Part shown: piece after piece, positions 1 to 10,552 of the stretch | Layout: each line of letters opens with the position of its first letter | How positions within the stretch are numbered: position 1 is the stretch's first letter | Origin: an uncultured Planctomycetota bacterium | GTDB lineage: Bacteria; Planctomycetota; PLA2; JAEUHO01 | DNA length: 64,000 bases | NCBI GenBank assembly: GCA_963752285.1 | Contig: CAVVXN010000003.1 | Span: 192,001 to 256,000 of the forward strand | Direction: 5' to 3' | Translations under genes and position numbers: made by a program | The notes under the pieces: model-generated | The model's database searches: none | What the model was told of the DNA's origin: nothing | The model's input: only the letters and a program-made list of their open reading frames with translations

Positions 1-17
1 GGGCGGACGCGTCGATC

Positions 18-791
18 GTGGCGCGTCGCACGGTCGCGGCGTTCGAGCGCCAGTGGCGGACGTGGGGACGGCTCCCGCACCTCTTCGGGAAGGACCGCGC
101 GTCGATGGCCCGGAACCTGGTCGGCGCGCGGCTCAGCCGCCGCGTGGACGCGGGCTGGTATCCAGGTCGGCGGGTCCTCGACGCCGGGTGCGGGCACGGC
201 CGCTACGTCGCCGCCTTCGCGTCGCTCGGGGCGACGGTCGTGGGGCTCGACGCCGGCCGGGGCCCCGAGGAGAGCGGGGCCCCGCTCGACGACCCGCGGA
301 TCGCCTTCGTAGAGGGGTCGGTCCTCGCGCTCCCGTTCCAAGACGCGGTCTTCGACCTCGCCTTCTCCGACGGCGTCATCCACCACACCCCGGACCCCGC
401 CCGCGCGTACCGGGAGCTCGCCCGGGTGGTCCGGCCCGGGGGAGCGGTCTACGTCTGGGTCTATCCCCGGGAGGGGCGTCTGCGCGAGGCGCTGTTCGGC
501 GCGGCGCGGGCGCTCACGACCCGCCTCCCCGGGCGGCTCGTCCACGCGGCCGCCTTCTTCCTCGCGCCCCTGACCCTGGTCGTCCGCTCCTACAGCGGGA
601 CGCGGTTCGGGCGCGCGACCTGGTCCGAGTGCGCGCAGGTCGTCCACGACTGGATCGCCCCCCCGCTCCAGAGCCACCACACCTGGGAGGAGGTCGAGGG
701 CTGGGCCCGCTCCGCGGGGCTCCTCGAGGTGGAGCGCCTGCCGGTCCCCGTGGGCCTGACCGCCTGGAAGCCCGACCCTTTGCGCGTGTGA
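18..791 (+). CDS. Class I SAM-dependent methyltransferase (probably 5'-truncated by window edge)
   Basis: VLDAGCGHG motif I, LPFQDAVFDLAFSDGVIHH, LARVVRPGG; frame is open back to the window start. Confidence 0.85.
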   Translation: MARRTVAAFERQWRTWGRLPHLFGKDRASMARNLVGARLSRRVDAGWYPGRRVLDAGCGHGRYVAAFASLGATVVGLDAGRGPEESGAPLDDPRIAFVEGSVLALPFQDAVFDLAFSDGVIHHTPDPARAYRELARVVRPGGAVYVWVYPREGRLREALFGAARALTTRLPGRLVHAAAFFLAPLTLVVRSYSGTRFGRATWSECAQVVHDWIAPPLQSHHTWEEVEGWARSAGLLEVERLPVPVGLTAWKPDPLRV

Positions 792-821
792 CCGCTCGGG
801 CGGCTCGCGCGATGGTGGGGC

Positions 822-2083
822 ATGCTCGAAGAACACGCCCTCTACGCAGAGGTCCTGCTCGCCGCCGCCGCCGACGACGCACGCGCGGCGCTCCGGGGCC
901 TGAAGGCGCTCCGGCGGCGTTACCCGCGCGCCGCCGTCTACGCCGCGATGCTCGCCGACGAACATCTCAAGCGGTCGGCGTTCGCTCCGGCCGCCCGCCT
1001 CTACCAGGAGACCCTCCGACTCCTCGACCGCCAGGGCGGCCGCCGTCCGGCGCCGTGCGGACGGCGCCTCCCGTCCGAGGCGGTCGTGAGAACGGCCCTC
1101 GCGGACGCCTTGGCCGGCGCCGGCGCCGAGGCCGCGGCACGGGCGGAGCTGCTCCGCGCCGCGGAGCTCGACCCGACGGCCGAGCGGTACGTCTCGGCGG
1201 GCCAGGCCTTCGAACGGGTGGGCCGCGTGCGCGAGGCCCGCGCGTGGTACCTCCGCGCGCTCCGGCTCGACCGGCGCGACGTGGAGGCCCAGGTCCACCT
1301 CGCGACGCTCGACCTGTGGGCGCGCCCCGCGCGCGCGGCGCGGCGCTACCGCCGTGTGCTCGTGGAGGACCCGCGCCACGGCGAGGCGCTGTGCTGCTTG
1401 GGGCTCCTCCTCCTCCAGGCGGGGTCTCTCAGCGACGCGGAGCGCCTCCTCCGGCGCGCGGCGCGGTACCGCGAAGACGCGCTGCCCCACGTGTACCTCG
1501 GCCACCTCGCCGAGGAGCGCGGTCGCCCCGACGAGGCGGTCGCCTGCTTCCTCCGTGCCGAGAAGCGGGATCCCGGGAGCGCCCACCCGCTCTACGCCCG
1601 CGGCGACCTCGAGCGGCGGCGGGGACGCTACGACGAGGCGCGGGCCGCCTACGAAGAGGCGCTCCGGCTCGAGCCGCGCTCGGGCGACGCGGCGTTCCGG
1701 ATGGGCCTGCTCTTCGAGGAGGCGTACGACGACCCCCGCGGCGCCCTGTCGTGGATCCGCCGGGGTCTGGCGGCGACGCCGCACCACCCCTGGGCCGGGT
1801 GGCTCGAGCGGGAGGTGATCCCCGAGCTCCAGGACGCCGTGCGTGGGGGGGCTCCTCGACGGGTCCGTCCGGCTCGTCGGGTCCGTCCGGCGCGTCGGGT
1901 CCGTCCGGCTCGGCGGGTCCGTCCGGACCCTCCGGCTCGTCACCGCCGGCGCCGGCGGAATCGCCAGAGCCGCCGGGCGCGGCCGGTCTTCGGCGTCCCC
2001 CCCGGACGCCGCCGGAGGCGCGGAGGGCCGCCGCGCCGCCGACCGGCGGGCCGGTTCAGGAGGAGAAGCCCGGCCCCCCGTAG
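822..2083 (+). CDS. Tetratricopeptide repeat protein; probable frameshift at G7 run 1845-1851, so the C-terminus is uncertain
   Basis: Several TPR-like units (e.g. EARAAYEEALRLEPRSGDAAFRMG). In frame it runs on as Arg-rich sequence to 2639 across the convergent gene; one extra G gives a GPSGSS tail ending at 2083. Confidence 0.65.
1860..1931 (+). repeat. 18-bp tandem repeat x4 (CGGGTCCGTCCGG-N5)
   Basis: cgggtccgtccggctcgt / cgggtccgtccggcgcgt / cgggtccgtccggctcgg / cgggtccgtccggaccct. Confidence 0.9.
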
Positions 2084-2913
2084 GACAGCCCGGGGCCGCA
2101 GGGCCCGCCGTGGGGGTGCGCGCGGGCCGCCTCGCCGTCGGAGTCCGTCCCCCCGTCGCCGGACGACGCCGCCGGGAGGGCGGGCCCCGCGCGGAGCGCC
2201 TTCACCATCACCACGTCCAGGCACGTGGGGGCGTCGGGGTAGGAGAGCTGGCGCACGAGCCGGGTCCGGTAGCCCTTGGACTCGTACCAGGGGACGAGCC
2301 CGACCTCGCGCGTCGTCCGGAGGAGCACCGAGGCGAAGCTCTCCTCCGACGCGACGCGCTCGCCCGCGGCCAGGAGCATCCCTCCGACGCCGCCGCGGCG
2401 CCAGCGGTCGAGCACGGCGAGACCGGAGAGCTCGACGTACGGAAGACGGTCCGTGTACTCCGAGAGCTCCGTGCGCGCCGCGATCCGGAGCACCCCGACC
2501 GGTTCGCGGTCGGCCCGCGCGAGGAGGAATCGCTCCCCGCGCCGCATGGCGAGCGCCACCTCGCCGGCGCCCTCGACCTCGACCGGGAACGGCGACACGT
2601 CGGGCAGCGGCGTGTTGTTGCGAAGCGCTTCGAGGCTGATCGCGGCGACGATCGGCGCCTCGTGCTCCTGCGCCTGGCCGACGGACACGTCCGGCCGGAG
2701 CCAGCGACGTAGGTCCGCGCCGCGAAGGTCCCGTCCGAAGAGCTCCCCGGGCCTCGGCGGGATCTCCTCCACGTGCGGCAGGCCCGCGAGGTGGATCGTC
2801 CAGTCGCGGCCGGCGCGCAGGTCGCGGGCGATGGCCCGGAGCCGGCGCTCCTCGCCGCGCCACCGCTGCTCGAGGGCACGGACCTTGCCAGGGGAGGGGT
2901 GGGTGACGGACAT
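2056..2913 (-). CDS. GNAT family N-acetyltransferase
   Basis: LAVLDRWRRGGVGGMLL acetyl-CoA motif A, LVPWYESKGY motif B; start at MSVTHP. Confidence 0.8.
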   Translation of the reverse strand: MSVTHPSPGKVRALEQRWRGEERRLRAIARDLRAGRDWTIHLAGLPHVEEIPPRPGELFGRDLRGADLRRWLRPDVSVGQAQEHEAPIVAAISLEALRNNTPLPDVSPFPVEVEGAGEVALAMRRGERFLLARADREPVGVLRIAARTELSEYTDRLPYVELSGLAVLDRWRRGGVGGMLLAAGERVASEESFASVLLRTTREVGLVPWYESKGYRTRLVRQLSYPDAPTCLDVVMVKALRAGPALPAASSGDGGTDSDGEAARAHPHGGPCGPGLSYGGPGFSS

Positions 2914-3031
2914 CGCCCCACCCGTATCGGCGGGCCTCGCTCCGGCCCTCAAGGCCCGTCGGGCGGGGGGCGTCGAGCCCGGCGGCCGGCTACCCTCGCA
3001 CCACGTCGGGGCCGGGACAGGAGCGCGTGCG

Positions 3032-4762
3032 ATGACGAGCCGAGGTCGCAAGCCGGGTGACGGGCGGGCTCGACGACCCCAGGCGCGTCCCGCCATCCCG
3101 CCCGCCCGCCGGCTCCCGCCCGAGCCCCCGTCGGGCGGGCCCCCGTACGGCCCGGCGCGCCGCGGCCGCGACTGGGGATCCGCGCTGATCGCCCTGGTCA
3201 TGGTCACGTGGGTGCTCTCGTACACCCCGCACCCGATCGCCCTCTTCGCCGTGCCCGGCATCGTCGGTTGGCTGGCCCTGGTCGAGCGCTGCCGGCTGCG
3301 CCGGATCCTCCTCTGGACCACGCTCTTCGGCGCCGTGGCGACGAGCATCGGCTACCGGTGGCTCGCGCCGACGATCCAGCTCTTCGGCGGGGTGTCGCCC
3401 GCGCTCTCGTGGGTGGCGGTGGCGCTCTTCGGCGTGTGGAACACGATCCACGGCTGGGTGTTCGCGGCCTTCTACCGCGGGATGCTCCGGCGTGGCCGGC
3501 GCCCGCACCCGTTCGTCACCGCGGCCCTCTTCGCGGGCTGCGAGGCGCTGCCCATCCGGATGTTCGGGTGGTCGAGCGGCCACGGGATGGTGGACGTGCC
3601 GCCGCTCGTGCAGTCGGCGGAGTGGGGCGGCGTGGTCGGCGTGTCGTTCGTGGTGTGCCTCCTCGTCGTCCCCGTGCACGAGTGGCTGCGGTGGGCCTTC
3701 GTCCGCCGCGGGCCGCCCGCGCGCGCGCGCGCGGCGCTCGCCACGTTCCTCCTCGGGCTCGCGTTCTTCGGCTGGGGGCTCTGGCGCTACCGCGAGGTGC
3801 ACCGGGAGGAAGCGGAGGCGTCGCGGCACCTCCGGGTCGCGATCGTGCAGGCCGACGTCGGGAGCCTCGACAAGCGCCGCGCGACCGAGGAGGGCGGCGC
3901 GTGGCGCGACGAGAGTCTCGCCGCGTACCGCGAGGCGACGATGCAGGCCGTCGCGAAGGACCCCGACGTGATCGTGTGGCCCGAGACGGCGATCACCGAC
4001 GCCGTGCCGTTCGGGGATCCCGTGCAGACGAATCGCTTCCTCGGGGGTCGCGGGTACGGGTTCCTGCTCGACGCGGCCCGTCGCGCCACGCTCCTCGTGG
4101 GCGTGTACGAGCGCGTGCTGGGGCGCGAGAGCCTCGCGACGGGCCAGCGCCTGGTCGATCGCTACAACGATGCGGGGCTGCGCGCGCCTGGAGGCGACGA
4201 CGCGCCGTGGAGCGTGTACCGGAAGGTCCACCTCATCCCGTTCGGGGAGACGATGCCGCTCGGGATCATGGAAGACCGGCTGCCGCAGAACTTCAAGATG
4301 CTCGCGGGCTCGCTTCCACAGCCCCTGCTCGAGTCGAACGGCGTCACGTACGCGCCGTTCCTCTGCTACGAGGGGATCCTCGCCGACCACGTGCGCGAGT
4401 ACGTGGCCGGCCGCCGCCCCGACGTCCTCGTGAGCCTCACGAACGACTCGTGGTTCGGCGACACGTGGGAGCCTCATCAGCACCTCGCGTTCACGCGGTT
4501 CCGCGCGGTCGAGCACCGCGCGCCGCTGGTGCGCGCGACGAACACCGGCATCAGCGCCTTCGTGGACGAGACCGGCGACGTCCAGTCCACGCTCGGCGTG
4601 GGGGCGAGCGGTTCGCTCGTCGCGGACGTGCCGCTCGTGAAGCGCGAGCCCACGGTCTACGTGCGGCTCGGATGGCGCTTCCCGTACCTGCTCTGGGGGG
4701 TCGCGCTCCTCGGATGGATCCTCGCGCAGCTCCGGCCCCCGCCGTTCGAGCGCGGCGACTGA
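3032..4762 (+). CDS. lnt: Apolipoprotein N-acyltransferase
   Basis: N-terminal TM helices; VWPETA, YRKVHLIPFGE, FLCYE (E-K-C triad), TNDSWFG, RATNTGIS; AGGAG upstream of ATG 3032. Confidence 0.93.
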   Translation: MTSRGRKPGDGRARRPQARPAIPPARRLPPEPPSGGPPYGPARRGRDWGSALIALVMVTWVLSYTPHPIALFAVPGIVGWLALVERCRLRRILLWTTLFGAVATSIGYRWLAPTIQLFGGVSPALSWVAVALFGVWNTIHGWVFAAFYRGMLRRGRRPHPFVTAALFAGCEALPIRMFGWSSGHGMVDVPPLVQSAEWGGVVGVSFVVCLLVVPVHEWLRWAFVRRGPPARARAALATFLLGLAFFGWGLWRYREVHREEAEASRHLRVAIVQADVGSLDKRRATEEGGAWRDESLAAYREATMQAVAKDPDVIVWPETAITDAVPFGDPVQTNRFLGGRGYGFLLDAARRATLLVGVYERVLGRESLATGQRLVDRYNDAGLRAPGGDDAPWSVYRKVHLIPFGETMPLGIMEDRLPQNFKMLAGSLPQPLLESNGVTYAPFLCYEGILADHVREYVAGRRPDVLVSLTNDSWFGDTWEPHQHLAFTRFRAVEHRAPLVRATNTGISAFVDETGDVQSTLGVGASGSLVADVPLVKREPTVYVRLGWRFPYLLWGVALLGWILAQLRPPPFERGD

Positions 4763-4799
4763 GGTCCGTCGCCCGGGACGGCGCGCGGACGCCCGCGGC

Positions 4800-6536
4800 T
4801 CACCTGAGGCTCACGCTGATCTCGACCTCCTCCGTGTCGCCCTCCGAGAGGCGGACCGTGGTGGGCGACGCGACCAGGTCGTCGCTCGTGACCTCGATCA
4901 CGTACGTCCCGGCGGCCAGGCCGGAGAGGAGCAGGCCCTCGGGGCCCGCGGCGAGGATCGGCTGGCCCGTCGCCTCGTCCACCGAGGTGCTCGTCGCGCC
5001 GACCGGAATCGCGTGGACGACCTGCCCGCCCTGCGTCAGCTGGAACACCACGACCCGCGGCTCCGGCGCGACGAACTGGACGCGGACCTGGGCGGGCGGA
5101 CGGGTGCGGAGCGTCGTCGCGGTCTCTTCGCCCGCGAACACCGTCAGGTCGGTCTCGACGGGCGCGAACTTCGCGCTCGTGAGGCGCGCGTGGTACGCGC
5201 CCGCCGGCAGCGCGGTGACCGAGAGGTCCTCCCCGGGCTGCACGACGAACGCGGACCCGCCCGCCGTCGGTTGTCGGGTCGAGAGCTGGAGCGCCACCGC
5301 GGCCGCCGCCGCGTTCACCTTGTTCCCCGACTCGTCCTCGAACGAGATGCGGACGCTGCCCGTGCCGAGGCTGCTCCTCAGCTCGACCTCGAACGTCTTC
5401 TCGCCGCCCTCGGGCGGGGGCGAGACCACGCCGCTCTGCCACGGCGCGTACCCGTCCGCCTGCACCGTGAGCGCGAGCGGCGAGACGCCCGAGGGGAGCC
5501 GCACCGCCTCCGAGGTGATCACGCCCGCGAGATCGAGCGCGCCGCCCTCGTCCGACGAGGCCGCGCGCGGCACGAGCAGGAGCGCGTGCGTTTCCTCCGG
5601 CTTCGCCGTGCGACTCCAGACGAGCGTCGGGTGCTCGGGCCGCTTCCCGTCGTCCGTGGTGAGCCGAAAGGTCGCGCGCAGCGCAGGCACGAGCACGATC
5701 TCCATCGGGTCGGCGTTCGCGGGATCGACGGGTCCCGCCGTCGCCGGCATGTAGCGCGGGTGGTCCACGTCCACGAGGAGCGCGCCCGGCCGGAGCCCTC
5801 CGACCACGAAGTGGCCGCTCTCGTCCGTGGGCGCCGCCGGGAGCGACGTCGCGTGGCCCGGCACCTGGAGGGTGTCGGGCGCCGGCCGGACCGACACGCG
5901 GGCGTCCCGGAGCGGGCGTCGTTCGGCGGTGACGACCCGGCCCGACAGCTCCAGCCCGCGCTCGAGGCGCAGCTCGACCGGGCCGGGGCGTTCCACGCGG
6001 CAGCGCACGCCGAGCACGCGTCCCTCGGCGACCGCGAACACGTCCACCACGGCCGGCGCGTCGTGGAGCGCGTCGTGGAGCGTGAACGCGCCGCTCGCGT
6101 CCGTGTGCGCGCGTTCGGACGCGGGCGGCGGGCGACGCGCGCCCGCCTCGACCGCGCCGGTCCCCGCGTCGGCGGGGTCCACCCAGGAGAGACGGGGACA
6201 GGGGTCGGCGGCCGGCTCGAACCAGACCCACGCGCCCGCGAGGGGCTGGCCGCTCTCCGCGGCGACGACCGTCCCCCGGACCACGACGGGGGCCTCGTCT
6301 CCCGGCGTCGCGTCCGGTCCCGTTCGCGGCGTCTCGACGGCGACGTCGTCGCGGCCGGGACGCCGGGGGTCGGACCGGGACCGGGGCGCCCCCTCGAGCG
6401 CCGGGGGCGGGACGTACCCCTCCTCCGGCCGGTCGAGCGCGCCGCCGACCCCCGTTCCGCCGCCGCCCCGCGTCACGAGGAGCACGATCGCGAGCGCCGC
6501 GAGGAGGACCACCGCGAGGGGCAGGGCGCGCCGCAC
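4800..6536 (-). CDS. Carboxypeptidase-regulatory-like domain protein, membrane anchored
   Basis: N-terminal TM; repeated VRGTVV..GQPLAGA, TDASGAF, TDESGHF, LPAGAY, LAAGTY beta-sandwich motifs. Confidence 0.75.
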   Translation of the reverse strand: MRRALPLAVVLLAALAIVLLVTRGGGGTGVGGALDRPEEGYVPPPALEGAPRSRSDPRRPGRDDVAVETPRTGPDATPGDEAPVVVRGTVVAAESGQPLAGAWVWFEPAADPCPRLSWVDPADAGTGAVEAGARRPPPASERAHTDASGAFTLHDALHDAPAVVDVFAVAEGRVLGVRCRVERPGPVELRLERGLELSGRVVTAERRPLRDARVSVRPAPDTLQVPGHATSLPAAPTDESGHFVVGGLRPGALLVDVDHPRYMPATAGPVDPANADPMEIVLVPALRATFRLTTDDGKRPEHPTLVWSRTAKPEETHALLLVPRAASSDEGGALDLAGVITSEAVRLPSGVSPLALTVQADGYAPWQSGVVSPPPEGGEKTFEVELRSSLGTGSVRISFEDESGNKVNAAAAAVALQLSTRQPTAGGSAFVVQPGEDLSVTALPAGAYHARLTSAKFAPVETDLTVFAGEETATTLRTRPPAQVRVQFVAPEPRVVVFQLTQGGQVVHAIPVGATSTSVDEATGQPILAAGPEGLLLSGLAAGTYVIEVTSDDLVASPTTVRLSEGDTEEVEISVSLR

Positions 6537-6574
6537 GCCCCGAGGCTACTCCCGTGCCCCTCCCCGCGCCGGGT

Positions 6575-7873
6575 TCAGCCTGCGGCGCGCGGCGTCTTCA
6601 GCGGTCCGGGGAGGAGGGCCTCGACCGGCGGCGCCTCCTTCGGGACCGGCCACGTCGGCCGCCCGCTCTGCGTGAAGACTCGCTCGTGGGGGTCCAGGCC
6701 CGCCAGGGCGATGGCCGTCGCGAGGAGCGCCGGGGGTGGGACGGGGTCCTGGACGACCTTCCGGCCGTCCTCGTCGGTCCGGCCGACGACGGTCCCGCCG
6801 GGGATCCCGCCCCCGGCGAGGACGGCCGAGAACGCGTGCGGGTGGTGGTCGCGGCCGCTCGTGGCGTTGAGGTCGGGTGTTCGGCCGAACTCGCCCATCC
6901 AGAGGACGAGCGTCCGATCGAGGAGCGAGCGCTCGCGCAGGTCCCGCAGGAGCGACGCGAACGCCGGGTCCACCTGCTTCAGGAGGTTCGCCGTGGCCGG
7001 ATACGCGTGCTGGTGGAGGTCCCATCCTCCGAGCGAGACGTGCACGACCGTGACGCCCGCCTCGACGAGTCGCCGCGCGAGCAGGCAGGCGGTGCCGAAC
7101 GGCGTCTTGCCGTAGGCCGCGCGGCTCGCCTCGGTCTCCTTCGACGCGTCGAACGCCAGGACGGCGGGCGAAGCGAGGAGCCGTCGCGCGCGCGCCCTCG
7201 CGCTCCGCCAGGCCTCGGCGACCGGCGCGTCGCCGGCGTCCGGGAGGGCGTGCCCGAGGGCGTCGAGGAGCGCCTCGCGGCGGCGCTGCCGCGCCGCGCC
7301 GACCGGGGGCGCGAGGTCCGCCAGCGGACGACTCGGGTTCGTGACCTCGAACGGCGCCGTCCTACCGCCGAGGAACCCGCTCCCCGTCGAGGGGCCGAAG
7401 GCGACGAAGGCGGGCAGGTCACAGGCCGGGTCCGCGAGCGCGCGCGCGAGCCACGCGCCGACGTGCGGATGTTCGAGGGTCGCGCTCGGCGGGTACGCGG
7501 TCTGGAGCAGCCGCGTCGCGCGCTCGTGCGCCCCCTCGCCCGACGTCAGGCCCCGCACGACCGCGAGCGCGCTGGCCTCCTTCGCGAGCAGGGGCAGGGG
7601 CTCGGAGAACGAGAGGCCGTCCACCGCCGTGGGGATCGCCCCGAGCGCGCCGGCGGTCTTGCGCCCCGGCTTCGGGTCGAACGTGTCGAGGTGCGACGGC
7701 CCGCCGGCCATCCACAGGACGATCAGGTGGTCGAGCGTCGCGCCCTCGCGGCGGGGGACGGGCGCCTCGGCGTCGCCGAACGCCATCCGGACGCGACCCT
7801 CGAGGAGCAGCGCGCCGAGCGCGGCGCCCGCGCCGGTGAGGAACGCGCGTCGATGGAAGCCCAGGTCCTGCAT
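6575..7873 (-). CDS. DUF1501 domain protein with Tat-like signal
   Basis: RRAFL signal; LWMAGGPSHLDTFDPKP, CLLARRLVEAGV, GGWDLH, GEFGRTP, GRDHHP. Confidence 0.92.
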   Translation of the reverse strand: MQDLGFHRRAFLTGAGAALGALLLEGRVRMAFGDAEAPVPRREGATLDHLIVLWMAGGPSHLDTFDPKPGRKTAGALGAIPTAVDGLSFSEPLPLLAKEASALAVVRGLTSGEGAHERATRLLQTAYPPSATLEHPHVGAWLARALADPACDLPAFVAFGPSTGSGFLGGRTAPFEVTNPSRPLADLAPPVGAARQRRREALLDALGHALPDAGDAPVAEAWRSARARARRLLASPAVLAFDASKETEASRAAYGKTPFGTACLLARRLVEAGVTVVHVSLGGWDLHQHAYPATANLLKQVDPAFASLLRDLRERSLLDRTLVLWMGEFGRTPDLNATSGRDHHPHAFSAVLAGGGIPGGTVVGRTDEDGRKVVQDPVPPPALLATAIALAGLDPHERVFTQSGRPTWPVPKEAPPVEALLPGPLKTPRAAG

Positions 7874-7914
7874 TCGTCGCTCCTCGTGGACCTCGCGCCG
7901 CCGGTCCGCGACCC

Positions 7915-10233
7915 CTAGCGTTCGAAGAGGAACTCGTCGCCGTTCATGAGGGCCCACTCCAGGTCCTCGATCGCCTCCGTCCGCGCCTTCTTCCAGGCGG
8001 GGACCTGCTTCTCGTCCCCGGGGCGCGTCGGGAGCGCCTGCTCCGCGACCTTCGCCTCCGCCGCGGTCGGCGGTCGCGAGAGGAACGCGAGGTACACGGC
8101 CTCGACCGCGCCCTTCGTGGGGAGATCGGCCGCGACGAGGCGCGTCGCGAGCCCTTCGGGCCGGCCGCGGAGCGCCTCGCCCGCCGGCGCGCCGTTCCAC
8201 ATCCAGAGCGCCCGCGCGATGCCGCCGCGCGGCTCCGTCTCCGGGTGGTCGCGACCGTCGTCGAAGTGCATGCCGTACGCGCGGAGCCACGCCTCGCGCT
8301 GGGCGCGGGGACCGCCGAGGAGGGCGTCGGGGAGCCCCGGGAGCGCCGCCTCGACGACGGCCCGGAGCGCGACGGTGGGCTCGAGCTCGCGCACCGGCGC
8401 GGTCACGACTTGGCCCCCCGGCGGGCCGGCGCCGTCCTCCGCGTCCTGTGCCGCGACCTGTGCCGTGCCCGGGGCGTCGCCCGCCGGGCGCGCGCGCGGG
8501 GGCGCGGCCGAGGCGAGCGCGTACGCGCGCGTGAGCGCGAGGACGCGGACGAGCCAGCGCAGGTCGTAGCCGGACGCGCGGAATCCGTCGGCGAGCCGGT
8601 CCAGCGCCGGCTCCGCGAACCGCTCGCCCGGACCGGTGAGGGCGTCCACCGGATCGACGAAGGGCCGGCCGAGCAGCCGTTCGGCCATTCGGTTCACGAG
8701 GGCGCGGGCGAGCCACGGGTCCTCGTGGCGGAGCATCCACCTCGCGAGCGTGTCGCGGAGCGAGGCCAGGTCGGCGCCCGCCGCGATCTCGTCGCCCTCG
8801 AGGGGCTTGGGGAGCCCGTCGCCCTTCTCGGGGTGCTCGGTGTCGGGATGCGGACCGACCTTCCCGCCCCGGTCCACCACCCGGAACACGTCGGGCGGCA
8901 CCGGCTTCCCCTCGGACACGTACGTGTCGCGGTACACGTCCGGCATCTGGCTCGCCAGGTCGTGCGCGGCCTGGACGACCTCCTTCGCCGCGGCCACCGC
9001 CGCGTCCCACGAGGTCGCCAGCCCCTGGAGCTCGTCCACGCGCGTCGAGAGCTGGGCCTCGGACCGCTTCGCCGCGGCCCACCGGTCCGCGAGCGGCTTC
9101 GCCTTCGCCTCGGCCTCGCCGAGGCGCTTCGCCCACGCCGCGGACGCGCCCGCGGCGGCCTTCGCCTCGTCGCGCGCGAGCCCGGCCGTCTCGCGCGCGA
9201 CCTTCGCCTGCTCGCCGAGCAGCCCGAGGAGGGGCTTCGCCGCGTCCTTCGCGCGCGCCTCGGCCTCGCCCGCGAGCTTCTCCGCGCGCGCGGCGAGGTC
9301 CTGCATCGCCTTCTCGCGCTGCGCGGCGTCACCGGCGGGGCCACGAACCTTCGCCGCGGCGGCGGCCAGCGGACGGAGCGCCTCGTCCGCCGTGCGCGTC
9401 GCGACCGCGGCCTTCCGGCTCGCGTCCCGCGCGGCTTCGAGGTCCTTCTTCGCCTTCGTGGCCTCTGCGACCGCCTGCGCCTCCGCGCGGTTCGCGCGTC
9501 CGAGGAGCGCGTTGGCCTGGTCCACGGGCGTCGGCACCTTCTCGCGCCCGACGGCCCGGAAGAACGCGGCGAACCCCTGGAAGTCCGACTGCTTCCACCG
9601 GTCGAAGGGATGGTCGTGGCACTCCGCACACGCGATCTCTACGCCGAGGAAGAGACGGGCGGTTCGGCCCGCGAGCGCCGGGGGCTGGTCCGCGAGCTGG
9701 TAGCAGTACGCCGCGGCGCCGTTCTCGGGGATCTCGCCCCGCGCCGAGACGAGCTCTCCGACCAGGCGGTCGTACGGCACGCGCTCGCGCCAGGCCTCGG
9801 CGAGCCAGTCCTCGAGCGCGCGGCGGTGCTCCACGCGAACGTCGTCGCGTCCGAGCAGGAGGCGCGCGTACCACTCCCCGAAGTACACGGCCGCGGTGGT
9901 GTCGTCGAGCAGACGGTCCACCGCGCGCGCCCGCTTGTCGGGCGCGGCGTCCGCGAGGTACGCGCGGACCTCGTCCGCCGTCGGCAGCCGCCCCGCCAGG
10001 TCGAGCGTGGTGCGGCGGAGGAGCACCGCGTCGGACGCGGCGGGTCCCGGCGTCCGCCCTTCCCCGGTCCACGCGTCGAGCATCGCGTCGTCCACCGCCT
10101 TGACGACGTCGGGGACCGCCGCGGGACGTGCGGCCGCGACGGGCGGCGGCTTCGTCTCGTCCGCCCACGCCGCGCCCACGGCCAGCAAGGCCGCGGGCAG
10201 GAGGATCGACCCGAAGCGAGCCGTTCGTCGCAT
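7915..10233 (-). CDS. DUF1549/DUF1553 domain protein with coiled-coil insertion
   Basis: LLRRTTLDLAGRLPT, FLGVEIACAECHDHPFDRWKQSDF, YLAFLSRPPT, DLEWALMNGDEFLF; signal peptide. Confidence 0.9.
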   Translation of the reverse strand: MRRTARFGSILLPAALLAVGAAWADETKPPPVAAARPAAVPDVVKAVDDAMLDAWTGEGRTPGPAASDAVLLRRTTLDLAGRLPTADEVRAYLADAAPDKRARAVDRLLDDTTAAVYFGEWYARLLLGRDDVRVEHRRALEDWLAEAWRERVPYDRLVGELVSARGEIPENGAAAYCYQLADQPPALAGRTARLFLGVEIACAECHDHPFDRWKQSDFQGFAAFFRAVGREKVPTPVDQANALLGRANRAEAQAVAEATKAKKDLEAARDASRKAAVATRTADEALRPLAAAAAKVRGPAGDAAQREKAMQDLAARAEKLAGEAEARAKDAAKPLLGLLGEQAKVARETAGLARDEAKAAAGASAAWAKRLGEAEAKAKPLADRWAAAKRSEAQLSTRVDELQGLATSWDAAVAAAKEVVQAAHDLASQMPDVYRDTYVSEGKPVPPDVFRVVDRGGKVGPHPDTEHPEKGDGLPKPLEGDEIAAGADLASLRDTLARWMLRHEDPWLARALVNRMAERLLGRPFVDPVDALTGPGERFAEPALDRLADGFRASGYDLRWLVRVLALTRAYALASAAPPRARPAGDAPGTAQVAAQDAEDGAGPPGGQVVTAPVRELEPTVALRAVVEAALPGLPDALLGGPRAQREAWLRAYGMHFDDGRDHPETEPRGGIARALWMWNGAPAGEALRGRPEGLATRLVAADLPTKGAVEAVYLAFLSRPPTAAEAKVAEQALPTRPGDEKQVPAWKKARTEAIEDLEWALMNGDEFLFER

Positions 10234-10552
10234 GGCCCCTCGCCGCTTCGTCGCGCCCGGGCGGGACGCGTCGGCGCCCCGACCGGACGGGATCTCGCAC
10301 CCCCGAACCGCGAGAGCGTAGGCCCGGGCGGGAGGGGCCGGCAACCCGGTCGGGCGGGGGGACCCCCCGGGGCTCGTCCCGGCCGGGCCCCGGGATCGGG
10401 CGGCCGGCGGGCCTCCGGGCCGGGTTTCGGCGGTCGGGCCGCCGATCTCGGGGTAGGCTCCGTGCTTCCTCGGCGAAGCGATGTCGCCTCGCCTTTCTCG
10501 TACTGCTCCGAGGCCCCCACCTCTTGGCAGGCCTCGTCGAGCGTGAGCATCC

